From: a virus
Lineage: Duplodnaviria; Caudoviricetes
Length of the DNA: 54,704 nucleotides
Direction: 5' to 3' (one strand)
Virus record (IMG/VR): IMGVR_UViG_3300034349_000034
Coordinates: 1-54,704 of that record
The notes beneath the pieces are model-generated. The model saw nothing but the letters and a program-made list of their open reading frames with translations, was not told where the DNA came from and ran no database searches. The position numbers and the translations under genes are program-made. Below are positions 10,007-18,876 of the stretch, one piece after another; position 1 is the first letter of the stretch; each line of letters opens with the position of its first letter.

Positions 10007-10560
10007 CGACCAAACTGGCCCACCAGACCCAGAAGACCGCCGGTATCCCCAACGGCATGCGGACGGCCACCATCGCGGCGGTCGCCAGCAACTCGATCAC
10101 GATCTCCGTCTCGGGCGGGAACTTCACGGCCGGGGTTGGCGTGGTCACCTCGTACGCGCCGATCGTCGGCGACACCGTGGCCGTGTTCCGGCAGGACTCG
10201 TCATGGCTGATCCTCGGGCCGACGTCGGCCGCGAACGGCTGGCACCTGTTCTCCGACCTGGGCTACCAGAACGGCTGGATCGACCGGGGCCCCGGCTTCC
10301 CGTTCGGGCAGTATCGGATCACCGCGTCTGAGGTGCAGATCGTCGGGCAGGTCAGCAACCCTTCAGTCCAGGCGTCGGGCGCGGCCATCGTCGCCGGGCT
10401 TCCTGTTCCGCCTGGCGAAGTTGCGGGAATCGTCGCCGCGCAGGGTGCAACTCGTCCGAGCCTGCACGTAGACGGTGCGGGAGTGTTGAGGATCTACGAT
10501 TCGTCAACGACAGGCATCATGCAGTTCAGCGGCTCTTACCCGCTCGACTTCCAGGTTTAG
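10003..10560 (+). CDS. Minor tail protein
   Basis: ATGA-coupled start at 10003 (the track ORF from 9406 is over-extended); SYAPIVGDTVAV..WLILG motif. Confidence 0.7.
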   Translation: MTTKLAHQTQKTAGIPNGMRTATIAAVASNSITISVSGGNFTAGVGVVTSYAPIVGDTVAVFRQDSSWLILGPTSAANGWHLFSDLGYQNGWIDRGPGFPFGQYRITASEVQIVGQVSNPSVQASGAAIVAGLPVPPGEVAGIVAAQGATRPSLHVDGAGVLRIYDSSTTGIMQFSGSYPLDFQV

Positions 10561-10571
10561 CGAGGGGGCAC

Positions 10572-11789
10572 GTGTCTACGACCGGCTACAGCGACACGTT
10601 CAACCGGACCGTCGCCAACGGCCTCGGTTCGGCAACCTCGGGGCAGGCGTACACCCTCGGCGGGGCGGCAACGCAGTTCAGCGTGGCCCCTGGCACGGCC
10701 AGCATCGCCGTGTCAGCGACCGGCAGTCAGCTAGGGGTGGTCGACGCCGGGTCGGGCCTGTTCGTCGACATCAGCGGTCGAGTGGCACTCGGCGCGATTC
10801 CGGCCACCAACCTCGCCACGGTCGGCTTTGTTGCGAGGGCCAACACCACGGCCAACGCCTACATCGGAACGATGATGGTCGCCGCCGGTGGAGCTGTCTC
10901 CCTGCGGTTCTCCAAGCTTGTCGCGGGCGGCCTGGTCACCCTGTCGACGACCGCCGTCTCCGGGCTGACGTATGTCGCGAACACGTTCTACAACCTGCGA
11001 TTTCAGGCGTACTGGAGTCGCCTGCTTCAAACCAACGTCCTGTCGATGAAGTTGTGGGCGGTCGGCGCTACGGAGCCGGGCGGCTGGATGGCGATCTCCA
11101 CGACCGACGCCTCATTCACCGACTACACGGCAGGGCAGCAGGCCGGGATTTACGCCCGTGACGAGTCGACGGTGCTGGGGACGATCACTGCGAAGCTTCA
11201 GGCTGTCGCGGTCCGTTCGTACAACCTGCCGATGCCTTCCACGGCGGACCCGATGTGTTACGACCCGGCCGTTGCATACCCGAAGCAGACGGCTCTTGAG
11301 TCGCTGGCCGATGCCGCCGATGCGGCTATGGCGTCGCTCGACCCGTTCGTTTCGCTTGCCAACCTTTTCCCGCGCGTACGCGTCAGCGCGACCAGTGCTG
11401 TCATTCCCGCAGCTTCGTCGACTCTTACGTACAACACCGCCGAGTTCAACATCGGCACAAGCACCAACCTGGCTTACGACAATGCGGCCGTCTATCTGCC
11501 GGTAGGGATTTGGCTGGCCACCTTCGAGATGCAGTTGGTGCAGGCAGCCTCCGATTCCATGGAATTGCATTTGTTCGGTGGGGCAACAGCGGCTTTCGAC
11601 AACATTCGCTCCAACCCTTCACATTCGGGTGACGCCGGTATCGGGGGAAGCGCGCATATGTCGACGACGATCGTGTCTACGGACCCGACGACGCCGAAAA
11701 GGGTGGGCGTTCAGTTCTTTCCAAACAGCAGCTATACGGCTAGATACATGGCTCTTTCCGCCGTCAAGGTATCGGACTATTTCACATGA
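10572..11789 (+). CDS. Minor tail / receptor-binding protein
   Basis: DTFNRTVANGLG, KLWAVGATEPGGW motifs; beta-rich; in tail operon. Confidence 0.65.
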   Translation: MSTTGYSDTFNRTVANGLGSATSGQAYTLGGAATQFSVAPGTASIAVSATGSQLGVVDAGSGLFVDISGRVALGAIPATNLATVGFVARANTTANAYIGTMMVAAGGAVSLRFSKLVAGGLVTLSTTAVSGLTYVANTFYNLRFQAYWSRLLQTNVLSMKLWAVGATEPGGWMAISTTDASFTDYTAGQQAGIYARDESTVLGTITAKLQAVAVRSYNLPMPSTADPMCYDPAVAYPKQTALESLADAADAAMASLDPFVSLANLFPRVRVSATSAVIPAASSTLTYNTAEFNIGTSTNLAYDNAAVYLPVGIWLATFEMQLVQAASDSMELHLFGGATAAFDNIRSNPSHSGDAGIGGSAHMSTTIVSTDPTTPKRVGVQFFPNSSYTARYMALSAVKVSDYFT

Positions 11790-12382
11790 GCGGGACAACA
11801 GTCACCGAGGGTTACCCGTATCCGCTTACTCCAGATTTCGCGGACGTGCAGGATGCCTTCCGCCTGGCGTCGGCCGTTGACGCTGACCTGCGTTCCGAGC
11901 AGGCTCCTTTCCGGTCGTTCATCGCGCGGCCGTCGTTCATCGCGCGGCAGACGGTCAGCGGGAGCGGATTCATCTCGGGTACCGACATCTTGAACGTCGG
12001 AGCCATCGAGTGGGACAACACGGGCGGCCTGACTCTCGGTCAGAACAGTTGGAGGCAGCCGAACAATCAGGAGCCGTCCTGGTGGATGTTCGGTGCGACC
12101 ATTCTGGTTGCAGTGGTATCCGGTACGCCCGTGGTTGGCGACCTGAACATGGGTCGCATCAATGTCAGCACAACCGATCAGGTTACCGGCCTCAGCTCGA
12201 CATCGTCTTTCTACCAGCGCAATGATGAGACGAACACGGGCGGGGAATGGATCAACCTGTTCGCCATGGCCCCGATCTATCAGGGGTCAGTCAGTGCCGC
12301 ACTCATTCTCAACGGGAGCACCCAGAAGACGACTCAGGCCGGGTCGCGTTTCTGGGGCTTGTACCTGGGGCCGGTGACCTGA
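11786..12382 (+). CDS. Minor tail protein
   Basis: N-terminal YPYP..DFAD...LASAVDADL anchor-type motif; ATGA overlap. Confidence 0.65.
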   Translation: MSGTTVTEGYPYPLTPDFADVQDAFRLASAVDADLRSEQAPFRSFIARPSFIARQTVSGSGFISGTDILNVGAIEWDNTGGLTLGQNSWRQPNNQEPSWWMFGATILVAVVSGTPVVGDLNMGRINVSTTDQVTGLSSTSSFYQRNDETNTGGEWINLFAMAPIYQGSVSAALILNGSTQKTTQAGSRFWGLYLGPVT

Positions 12383-12383
12383 C

Positions 12384-13010
12384 ATGACAATGCGCAAGAC
12401 ACCTAATCTGCGGTTGCGGTACCCGTGGACCGATGACGTAGTTGCCGCTGCTGACGTGGATTCGATGGCGTCCGACATCGATCAGGCGTTGATTCAGACG
12501 GCCACGCTTGCCTCCGACTTCTCACGGTTTTCGTCGGTGACGGTGCAGCGCGCCGCCGTGCAGAGCATCACCAAGGGGACTCTTACTGCCATCAGCTTCG
12601 ACACGCTGGTGCTGGACAACGGTACCGACAGCACGCTGGCCAACGGGGCGTGGTGGAGCGCGGGTTCCCCGACCCGGCTGACCGCTCCAGCGGCATGCGT
12701 GGTGCTGGGTCACGGGATGCTCGGCATGAACCTTGGCTCCGCTCTTGGCGTGAACGGCATCATCCAGGCGACGATCGCGTTGAACGGCGCGACCGGTCAG
12801 CCGGGCGTGCAGGGCACCAAGTGGAATCCGATCAGCTCGGTCACCGGCCAGCAGTGGACGTCGGCAATCTCGATGTGGAATCTCGCCAAGGGTGACTTTC
12901 TGGAGCTGAAGGTTTACTGGACGGGAACCCCGGCAGGCCCGTTCAATACGGACAATATCGTTCCGCCGACGTTCAGCCTGATGATGGTGGCGCTGCCTAC
13001 CGTTCCCTGA
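12384..13010 (+). CDS. Minor tail protein
   Basis: TPNLRLRYP..D...MASDID N-terminus; PTRLTAP..LAKGDFLEL C-terminal beta domain. Confidence 0.65.
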   Translation: MTMRKTPNLRLRYPWTDDVVAAADVDSMASDIDQALIQTATLASDFSRFSSVTVQRAAVQSITKGTLTAISFDTLVLDNGTDSTLANGAWWSAGSPTRLTAPAACVVLGHGMLGMNLGSALGVNGIIQATIALNGATGQPGVQGTKWNPISSVTGQQWTSAISMWNLAKGDFLELKVYWTGTPAGPFNTDNIVPPTFSLMMVALPTVP

Positions 13011-13069
13011 TACGTCAGACCATTGTGAAAGGATGGACTGCTAGGCGTATTAACAGAAACGGGGGCGAG

Positions 13070-13390
13070 ATGACTCTTGCATTGGTGAACGCCGAGAATT
13101 TGCCCTGGTATCTGATCGGCGTCCTGGTTACAGCGCTTCTGACCGTGTTTCAGGCTCTGCTCGCAGGGAAAGTAGTGTCAAACCGGGTCGCTGAGCTGCT
13201 CCGGGAAAGCGCCGAGAAGCGGGCGGAGATCGCCGAGGCAGGGGTTTCCGCAAATACAAAGGCCATCGGGTCTCTCGTTGATTCGGTCGGGCAGCTTATG
13301 GTGCTCGCAGAGAATCAGGACAAGGTCCTGCGGGTCCTGCACAGCCGTGCGGGCCGGGGAGACACGAGAGGACGCGGTGGTACCTCGTGA
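13070..13390 (+). CDS. Membrane protein of the lysis cassette
   Basis: One N-terminal hydrophobic helix then coiled coil; start at 13070 preferred over 13025. Confidence 0.55.
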   Translation: MTLALVNAENLPWYLIGVLVTALLTVFQALLAGKVVSNRVAELLRESAEKRAEIAEAGVSANTKAIGSLVDSVGQLMVLAENQDKVLRVLHSRAGRGDTRGRGGTS

Positions 13391-13611
13391 CGTGGCGGCC
13401 ATGGCGCAAGAGGGTCGAAGAGTCCCAGGAAGCCGTACGTGCGGCTGAGAGGCTGCGCGACACCGCGCAGGCCCAGCAGCGCCAGGCCGAACGGATAGCG
13501 CCGCGCGTGGCCGCCGTATCGGCCTCCCTGCAACGGCTCCGCGCCGACGGTCTTGAGCCCACGCTGGACGTGGTCCTGCGCGGCGGAGAAGTGACGTACC
13601 GTAGAAGCTGA
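13387..13611 (+). CDS. Hypothetical coiled-coil protein (lysis cassette)
   Basis: GTGA overlap; lies between membrane protein and endolysin. Confidence 0.55.
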   Translation: MTWRPWRKRVEESQEAVRAAERLRDTAQAQQRQAERIAPRVAAVSASLQRLRADGLEPTLDVVLRGGEVTYRRS

Positions 13612-13627
13612 CAAAGGAGGAGGCGCT

Positions 13628-14332
13628 ATGGCTGCTGCTGTTCTCGTGCCCTGCGGCGTCCGGCTCCGGTCGGACTTCGACGCGCTCGCGCCCGGCCGGG
13701 ACAAGACCTCGGACGGCTGGATCGGCGACACCGCCCACCAGCACGAGGTGTCCGACCACAACCCGGACGAGACCGGCTCAGTGCCGATCCACGACGCCGA
13801 CCGGGTCAACGAGGTCCACGCGGTCGACGTCGACGCGGACCTGCGGACCTTCGGCCTCGTCATGGAGATGGTGGTGCAGTTCCTGCTCGGCCGGTGCCGG
13901 TCCGGTGCCGAGACCCGGCTGCGCTACATCATCTACAACCGGCGGATCTGGGAAGCGTCGAACGGCTGGAAGCAGCGGGCCTACACCGGCCCGTCGCCGC
14001 ACACGGAGCACGCCCACTTCAGCTTCAGCTACGACACTGCACGCGAGGCCGCGACGGCCTCCTGGCACCTGGAGGACATTCCCGTGGCACTCACCGCAGC
14101 CGACAAGGCGTGGCTCTCGGCCGAGATCGACAAGGCCGCGACCGTCGCCGCCGCCCGGGTCTGGGCAACCAAGATCACCGACCACACCGACACCAACAAG
14201 CCGCAGCGCCAGCTCACCGCCGCCCAGTGGACGGGCTTCTCCGACGGCCGCCCGGCCAACAAGGAGATCCTGGCCGCCATCAAGAGCGGCGTCACGCAGG
14301 TGCTGGCCGCTGTCACCGGAAAGGCGGCGTAG
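13628..14332 (+). CDS. Endolysin, putative Zn-peptidase (M15/LAS-like)
   Basis: DGWIGDTAH, SDHNPD, VHAVDVD, YIIYNRRIW, HTEHAHFS supply His/Asp/His ligands; followed by a holin-like gene. Confidence 0.75.
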   Translation: MAAAVLVPCGVRLRSDFDALAPGRDKTSDGWIGDTAHQHEVSDHNPDETGSVPIHDADRVNEVHAVDVDADLRTFGLVMEMVVQFLLGRCRSGAETRLRYIIYNRRIWEASNGWKQRAYTGPSPHTEHAHFSFSYDTAREAATASWHLEDIPVALTAADKAWLSAEIDKAATVAAARVWATKITDHTDTNKPQRQLTAAQWTGFSDGRPANKEILAAIKSGVTQVLAAVTGKAA

Positions 14333-14334
14333 TA

Positions 14335-14589
14335 ATGGGCGGCTTCTTCAAGAAGTACCCGCTCGCGACGCTGGCCACCTGGGCGGCGTCGGTCCTTGCG
14401 GCGCTCGTGCTGCTCCAGGCCAACGGCATCCTCACCGGCACGGCCGCGCACTATGCCGACCTGGCAGCGGGCGTGCTTCAGGTCCTGCTGACCGTGTACG
14501 CCCGGTCGAAGGTGACGCCGGTCGTCAACCCGAAGGACGACCTCGGCCGACCGCTGGTCCCGGCGACGCTCGTGCCGCCGCCCCGCTGA
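14335..14589 (+). CDS. Holin (putative)
   Basis: 84 aa, two hydrophobic helices, RSKVTPV..PKD C-terminus; directly after endolysin. Confidence 0.7.
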   Translation: MGGFFKKYPLATLATWAASVLAALVLLQANGILTGTAAHYADLAAGVLQVLLTVYARSKVTPVVNPKDDLGRPLVPATLVPPPR

Positions 14590-14607
14590 ACCAACCAGGA
14601 GGAATAA

Positions 14608-14829
14608 ATGGATTTCGGACAGGCGCTACTCGAACTGAAGGACGGCGTGCGCGTCGCCCGTGACGGCTGGAACGGCAAGGACATGTACGTCGAGCTTCAG
14701 GTGCCGGACGAGCAGTCGAAGATGCGCAGGCCGTACCTGTTCATGCGACCGGTCGACGGCGACCTGGTTCCGTGGGTCGCATCGCAGTCGGACATCCTCG
14801 CCGACGACTGGGTGTCGGTACCCCGCTGA
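14608..14829 (+). CDS. tad2: DUF2829 / Thoeris anti-defence 2 (Tad2)-like protein
   Basis: MDFGQAL..LK.G.RVAR.GWNGKDM...PYL...VPWVASQSDILADDW matches the DUF2829 pattern; RBS AGGAGG. Confidence 0.85.
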   Translation: MDFGQALLELKDGVRVARDGWNGKDMYVELQVPDEQSKMRRPYLFMRPVDGDLVPWVASQSDILADDWVSVPR

Positions 14830-14830
14830 A

Positions 14831-14989
14831 TCAGTTCGGGGGCTGCCGATTCCACGGGGTTGGCAGCCCCATCGGCCACGCGAATTGCAGGGCCAGGAAC
14901 GCCAGGCCGAGCAAGAGCATGTTGATCGCGGCCAGCTTCACGCCGAACGCCGCCAGGAACCAGATGATCGCTGCAATCAGGGCAAACAT
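14831..14989 (-). CDS. Small two-helix membrane protein (52 aa)
   Basis: MFALIAAIIWFLAAFGVKLAAINMLLLGLAFLALQFAWP; fills the gap between plus-strand genes. Confidence 0.55.
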   Translation of the reverse strand: MFALIAAIIWFLAAFGVKLAAINMLLLGLAFLALQFAWPMGLPTPWNRQPPN

Positions 14990-15033
14990 GCCATGCTGGT
15001 ACCCACCGCAGATGTGACCTGAAACGAGGGCCG

Positions 15034-15384
15034 ATGGCCGGGCGTACTTCCACCGCCGTGACCAGCGTGAGCCGTACCGCGCTGACCGCCTTCCCGACGC
15101 CGACGGTGGCCGGGGACGTGACCAACGGCAATGTGAGCCCGAACGACGGCGCGACGTTCCTGGCTGTGGTGTCCGGGGATGCGGCAACGCATGGCCTGAC
15201 GGTGACCGTGGTCAACGGGGTGGACGGGCTGACGGCCGGGCCCCGGGCGTACGTGGTGCCGGTGGCGGCGTCGGGTGTGCAGCTCGTCGGGCCGTTCCCG
15301 CTTCAGTGGTACGGGTCGCAGCTCCTCTGGAACGTCGACTCCGCGCAGGTCAAGGTGGCTGCGTACTCGCTGCTGGGCCCGTAA
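15034..15384 (+). CDS. Hypothetical beta-rich protein, possibly virion-associated
   Basis: Thr/Val/Gly-rich 116 aa; GN..PNDG..FL.V and GPFP...YG motifs. Confidence 0.55.
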   Translation: MAGRTSTAVTSVSRTALTAFPTPTVAGDVTNGNVSPNDGATFLAVVSGDAATHGLTVTVVNGVDGLTAGPRAYVVPVAASGVQLVGPFPLQWYGSQLLWNVDSAQVKVAAYSLLGP

Positions 15385-15412
15385 CGCCCGCTCGTTTTTG
15401 ATCTTGACGCGC

Positions 15413-15466
15413 AAAAAGCGCGGGGCCCGACATCCCCAAGACAGCCAGTCGGGCCCCGCGCTTTTT
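15413..15466. terminator. Bidirectional intrinsic terminator
   Basis: AAAAAGCGCGGGGCCCGAC ... GTCGGGCCCCGCGCTTTTT between convergent gene blocks. Confidence 0.9.
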
Positions 15467-15500
15467 CATGCCCCTGCCGTCCGCTCCGACGGCAGGTCGT

Positions 15501-15611
15501 CTAGTTCTTCGTGACGTGGCCGGAGCCGTTGCACTTTGCGCACGTCAGGTACGTCTTGGCGGTCGACGAATAGACCTTGCCGGTTCCGTTACAGCGGCTG
15601 CACGTCGGCAT
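15501..15611 (-). CDS. 36-aa DnaJ-type zinc-finger microprotein (not in ORF track)
   Basis: MPTCSRCNGTGKVYSSTAKTYLTCAKCNGSGHVTKN; two CxxCxGxG; RBS GAGGAGG. Confidence 0.75.
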   Translation of the reverse strand: MPTCSRCNGTGKVYSSTAKTYLTCAKCNGSGHVTKN

Positions 15612-16140
15612 TGTTGCCCTCCTCTTTGCTCGGCCACACGGTCTCGCGGGCCTCGTAGTCACTCAGGCCGCCATCGCGCAGCGCCGTGTACTCGCCCATC
15701 TTGTGGGCCAGGTCCAGCATGCGGGTGACGGAGTCGGCGGGGGTAGCGCCGTCCCACTTCGGGGCGTGGTCCAGTTCCAGCACCGCGCCGAAGTCGTCCC
15801 AGTGGGTCAGCTCGTAGTGGTAGGTGACCGTGCCGGTGGGCAGGATGACCCCGACGATGAAGTAGCCCTCGAAGATCGGGTCATCGTCGGGATGGTGGGC
15901 CTTGGACCGCCAGGAGTCACCGGCCACGGCGGCGGCCGACGCCAGTACAGCGGTCAGCGCCCGCCGGTGGTCGTACAGCTCTTCCATGGTGTGGAAGCCG
16001 TCAGTGAGCTGCGCGGGGTGACCTCCGACGACGAGGAGCGGGCCCTCTTCGTCGTCGATCGGCCGCTGGTGATCTTGATAGTCGCCACGCTCGTGCGTGT
16101 GCCAGCCGTGCTGTCCATGCTTGTGAACTACTTCGCTCAT
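15589..16140 (-). CDS. WDGH-type domain protein
   Basis: TDGFHTMEELYDHRRAL, WRSKAHH, YFIVG..LPTG.VTYHY, APKWDGAT; ATGA-coupled start at 16140. Confidence 0.7.
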   Translation of the reverse strand: MSEVVHKHGQHGWHTHERGDYQDHQRPIDDEEGPLLVVGGHPAQLTDGFHTMEELYDHRRALTAVLASAAAVAGDSWRSKAHHPDDDPIFEGYFIVGVILPTGTVTYHYELTHWDDFGAVLELDHAPKWDGATPADSVTRMLDLAHKMGEYTALRDGGLSDYEARETVWPSKEEGNNADVQPL

Positions 16141-16658
16141 GCCTGCGGCCCGTCCTGGATCGGCTGCGCCGGGTAGGTGGGTTCGCGCCACTTCCGACCG
16201 AAAGAAGGGCCCTTCAGGTCTGTGCCGACGGTCGGCCGTTGCGGGCCGCTGGGCGGGTCGACATTCCACCAGTGGACCTCTGCCCGACAGGGAAGTTCCG
16301 GGCGGCAAGAAAAGTCACCAGGGCAGACCGTGATGCCTGAAGCGGCGGGCGGGTCGATGACGGTGGCCGGGCGCGGGACCGGGCCGGGCTTGCCCTGGTC
16401 AGAACGGATGCCTGCCCGAACGGACCAGTCCTTCGCCTCGACGAGGGCGTTCAACATGGTGGTCAGCTCGGCGGAGTCGGCCGGGATGCGCCGGAGCAGT
16501 TCCAGGGCGGCATCGTAGATGGGGGCGCAGAGGCTTTTCAGCGGGTCGGGCAGGTGCGAGAACGCCAGCCAGGCCATCGCGGTCTGGACGCCGGGGTCTC
16601 GGCCGTAGGTGACCAAGGCGGCGTGATCGGCGGTCCCGTAGGCCGGGGTTTCGGTCAT
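16137..16658 (-). CDS. Helical-hairpin protein, Acb2/Tad1-like (putative)
   Basis: Start at 16658 with RBS GAGGAGGAG; FSHLPDPL...P...DSAELTTMLNALVEAKDWSVRA; low-complexity C-terminal tail. Confidence 0.5.
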   Translation of the reverse strand: MTETPAYGTADHAALVTYGRDPGVQTAMAWLAFSHLPDPLKSLCAPIYDAALELLRRIPADSAELTTMLNALVEAKDWSVRAGIRSDQGKPGPVPRPATVIDPPAASGITVCPGDFSCRPELPCRAEVHWWNVDPPSGPQRPTVGTDLKGPSFGRKWREPTYPAQPIQDGPQA

Positions 16659-17065
16659 GAGATCTCCTCCTCGTTTTCGATCTTGTAGTTGAGGGCGTAG
16701 CCGGGTTGAATGTTCAACTCGTCGGCCCAGCGGTAGCCGCCGTCCTCGGTCAGGTACCACCAGCCGCGCCCGTTGACGGTGTAGATGTGCGCCGGTACCC
16801 CGCGCGGGTCGACTCCGGCCCGGCGTTCGATGACCCAGCCGATTTTCATGCACCACTCGGCGTCGGCCAGGGTGTGATCGTGGCAGGGGCGGCACAGCAT
16901 CAGCAGGTTCCGCACGTCGTTCGAGACGTCGGCGGCAACCCCGTGTACGCCTCCTGAGCCGCGCGTCATGCGGTGGTGCGGGTCAAGCCTGCCGGGAATG
17001 CCGCAGCCCTCGCAGAAGCCGTATGAGCGGGCTTGCGCGAGGGCTTTGGCCGCCTCGAAGCTCAC
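16655..17065 (-). CDS. HNH endonuclease
   Basis: CEGC...HHR..RGSGG...NLLMLCRPCH. Confidence 0.85.
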   Translation of the reverse strand: MSFEAAKALAQARSYGFCEGCGIPGRLDPHHRMTRGSGGVHGVAADVSNDVRNLLMLCRPCHDHTLADAEWCMKIGWVIERRAGVDPRGVPAHIYTVNGRGWWYLTEDGGYRWADELNIQPGYALNYKIENEEEIS

Positions 17066-17283
17066 GGCCGGGGGATACCCGAGACGGGCCGCGCCGACGG
17101 GCTGGTCTCGAAGCTGATCAGCTCCCGGAAGCCCTGCTTGGCGAAGGAGTAGCCCATGCCGTTGTCGCGGACGACGACGGCTCCCGGGTCGCGTCCGGCC
17201 TTCTTGACCAGGCGGCGGCGCTGGCGGGGGGTCATGCGGCCCTCGTACAGCTTGGCGCGGTCGTAGGTGTTCATCCTGCTCAT
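17062..17283 (-). CDS. Hypothetical basic protein
   Basis: RBS GAGGAG before ATG at 17283; MTPRQRRRLVKK. Confidence 0.55.
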   Translation of the reverse strand: MSRMNTYDRAKLYEGRMTPRQRRRLVKKAGRDPGAVVVRDNGMGYSFAKQGFRELISFETSPSARPVSGIPRP

Positions 17284-17318
17284 CTCCTCGTGTATGCCAC
17301 CAGCATACACCAAAGGTG

Positions 17319-17597
17319 TCAGCAGGGGCAGTGCTTCGTCTTGCTGTGTTCCGGGTTCGGCCAGTGACCGGTCGCCCGCTTCTCCAGGTTGGCGCAATGC
17401 CCTTTGACCTGCTTCGGGTTGACGTACTTCCCGAGGTGGGTCAGGCAGCGGCAGAACGCACACGGCTCCGCCCAGCGGATCTTCGCCGCCCCCTCGCCCT
17501 CGGTCCAGTACGCATCGAGCCGACCCGCGCCGTCACCCGGGCGGGCGGCGGCGCGGACGGCGAACCCGAGGTCCCGGGTGAGCTGCACAAGCTTCAT
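17319..17597 (-). CDS. Small Cys/His protein with YW..GEGAAKIRW motif
   Basis: LDAYWTEGEGAAKIRW....F.RC..HLGKY....KGHCANL.KRATG.WP; I recall this module in actinophage head proteins. Confidence 0.6.
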   Translation of the reverse strand: MKLVQLTRDLGFAVRAAARPGDGAGRLDAYWTEGEGAAKIRWAEPCAFCRCLTHLGKYVNPKQVKGHCANLEKRATGHWPNPEHSKTKHCPC

Positions 17598-17607
17598 GCG
17601 GGTCAGG

Positions 17608-17868
17608 CTACTTGCATCGGGGATCGTTCGGGACGACGGCGATACCGCCGGGCAGGGTGTCGTCGACCGCCGCCGACAGGCTGTAGACCATGTTCGGGCC
17701 GGAGCACTTGAAGGCGACGTTGCGGAAGCCGTGCGGGAATTCGATGACGCTGGCCGGGCCGGTCGGCTCGACCGTGCTGGCGTTGTTGCTCTTGTGGTTG
17801 GTGCAGCCAGTCAGCGCGAGGATGGCCAGGCCGATGACGGCGACGGTCTTGATCTTGCGCAGGTTCAT
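17608..17868 (-). CDS. Lipoprotein
   Basis: Basic N-terminus, hydrophobic stretch, lipobox LTGC; RBS GGAGGAG. Confidence 0.75.
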   Translation of the reverse strand: MNLRKIKTVAVIGLAILALTGCTNHKSNNASTVEPTGPASVIEFPHGFRNVAFKCSGPNMVYSLSAAVDDTLPGGIAVVPNDPRCK

Positions 17869-18014
17869 GTCTCTCCTCCATGATCAAAAACGATGGGGTG
17901 ATGCCGTCCGGCCAGGACCCTCATCCTGGCCGGACGCGCCGGTGTGCACCCGGACCGGCTTCCGGCTGAGAAGCCCCCGGGTCATCCGGCCTGGATAGGT
18001 CGGGGGTCTGTGCG

Positions 18015-18084
18015 TGGCAAGGGCAGGAGTCGAACCTGCCACCTCCGCTCGGTCGGCGGCGCTCACCCGGAGAGCTACCTTGCC
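18015..18084 (-). tRNA. tRNA-like element T0 (4-bp anticodon stem, no U33)
   Basis: GGCAAGG/CCTTGCC-A acceptor; TA-GCTC..GAGC D arm; CCGC-CGACCGA-GCGG; GCAGG-TTCGACT-CCTGC T arm; no CCA. Confidence 0.75.
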
Positions 18085-18166
18085 GTGGTTCCCGGTTCGC
18101 GGAACCCGCCGGGCCGGGCCGCAGACTGCCGGGCCGCCGCAGTTGAAACGGCCCGGCAGGTCTCCG

Positions 18167-18364
18167 CTAGCTGGGCAGCGTGTCCTTGTACGGGACCTGC
18201 TGCGGGCGACGGTCGACGTGGGCACTGTCGGGGGTGGCGCACCGCATGCCCGGCCAGCCGTCGCCCTCGATCAGGTAGACGAAGTTGCACAGGTCGCCGA
18301 TCTGGTTTCCGCCCCGGTAGGCATGGTCAACGACGGGCCGGGCGCTCATGTCGATGTCGTCCAT
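18167..18364 (-). CDS. Hypothetical protein
   Basis: TGATG-coupled start at 18364. Confidence 0.5.
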   Translation of the reverse strand: MDDIDMSARPVVDHAYRGGNQIGDLCNFVYLIEGDGWPGMRCATPDSAHVDRRPQQVPYKDTLPS

Positions 18365-18876
18365 CAGGAACCCTCGATCATGGCGGCAAACCCACCGGCC
18401 AGAGCCTGCATGCGGGCGACACCCTCGTCTGTGGTGGTGACCGTGACGTACGCGGAGCCCTGCTGCACCTCGATGAACCGCAGCTCCTCGCCGGTGCGCG
18501 GGTCCATGCCCGACTCCCCGACCTCCCCGACCTTGGCCGCGTAGTCGGTGAGGGCCTTCAGGAATACGGGGTTGATCGCTCGTACGATCTCGTCCGGGTA
18601 GTTCCGCAGGCACCAGCGCAACGCCTCGGCCGGGTCGGTGACCTTGGCGGTCTTGCGGCCGGGGTTGTAGCCGACGGCACCCATCTTGCTGCCGTCGGGC
18701 AGGTACGCGCCGACGCGCTCCACGCGCCGCACGCCCATGTCTTCGGTCACCCGGGCCCGGAGGGCTTTTTCGATTGGGGCGAGGGCCTTCAGGTAGGTGC
18801 CGACGGCGGTCAGCTTCTCCGCGTCCGTCAGGCCGGGGCCGCCGTCGGTGACGGCCCCGGAGGTCAGGTCAGTCAT
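18364..18876 (-). CDS. Hypothetical protein of the recombination module
   Basis: RBS GAGGAG; AKVTDPAEALRW...YPDE motif; two genes downstream of ERF. Confidence 0.6.
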   Translation of the reverse strand: MTDLTSGAVTDGGPGLTDAEKLTAVGTYLKALAPIEKALRARVTEDMGVRRVERVGAYLPDGSKMGAVGYNPGRKTAKVTDPAEALRWCLRNYPDEIVRAINPVFLKALTDYAAKVGEVGESGMDPRTGEELRFIEVQQGSAYVTVTTTDEGVARMQALAGGFAAMIEGS

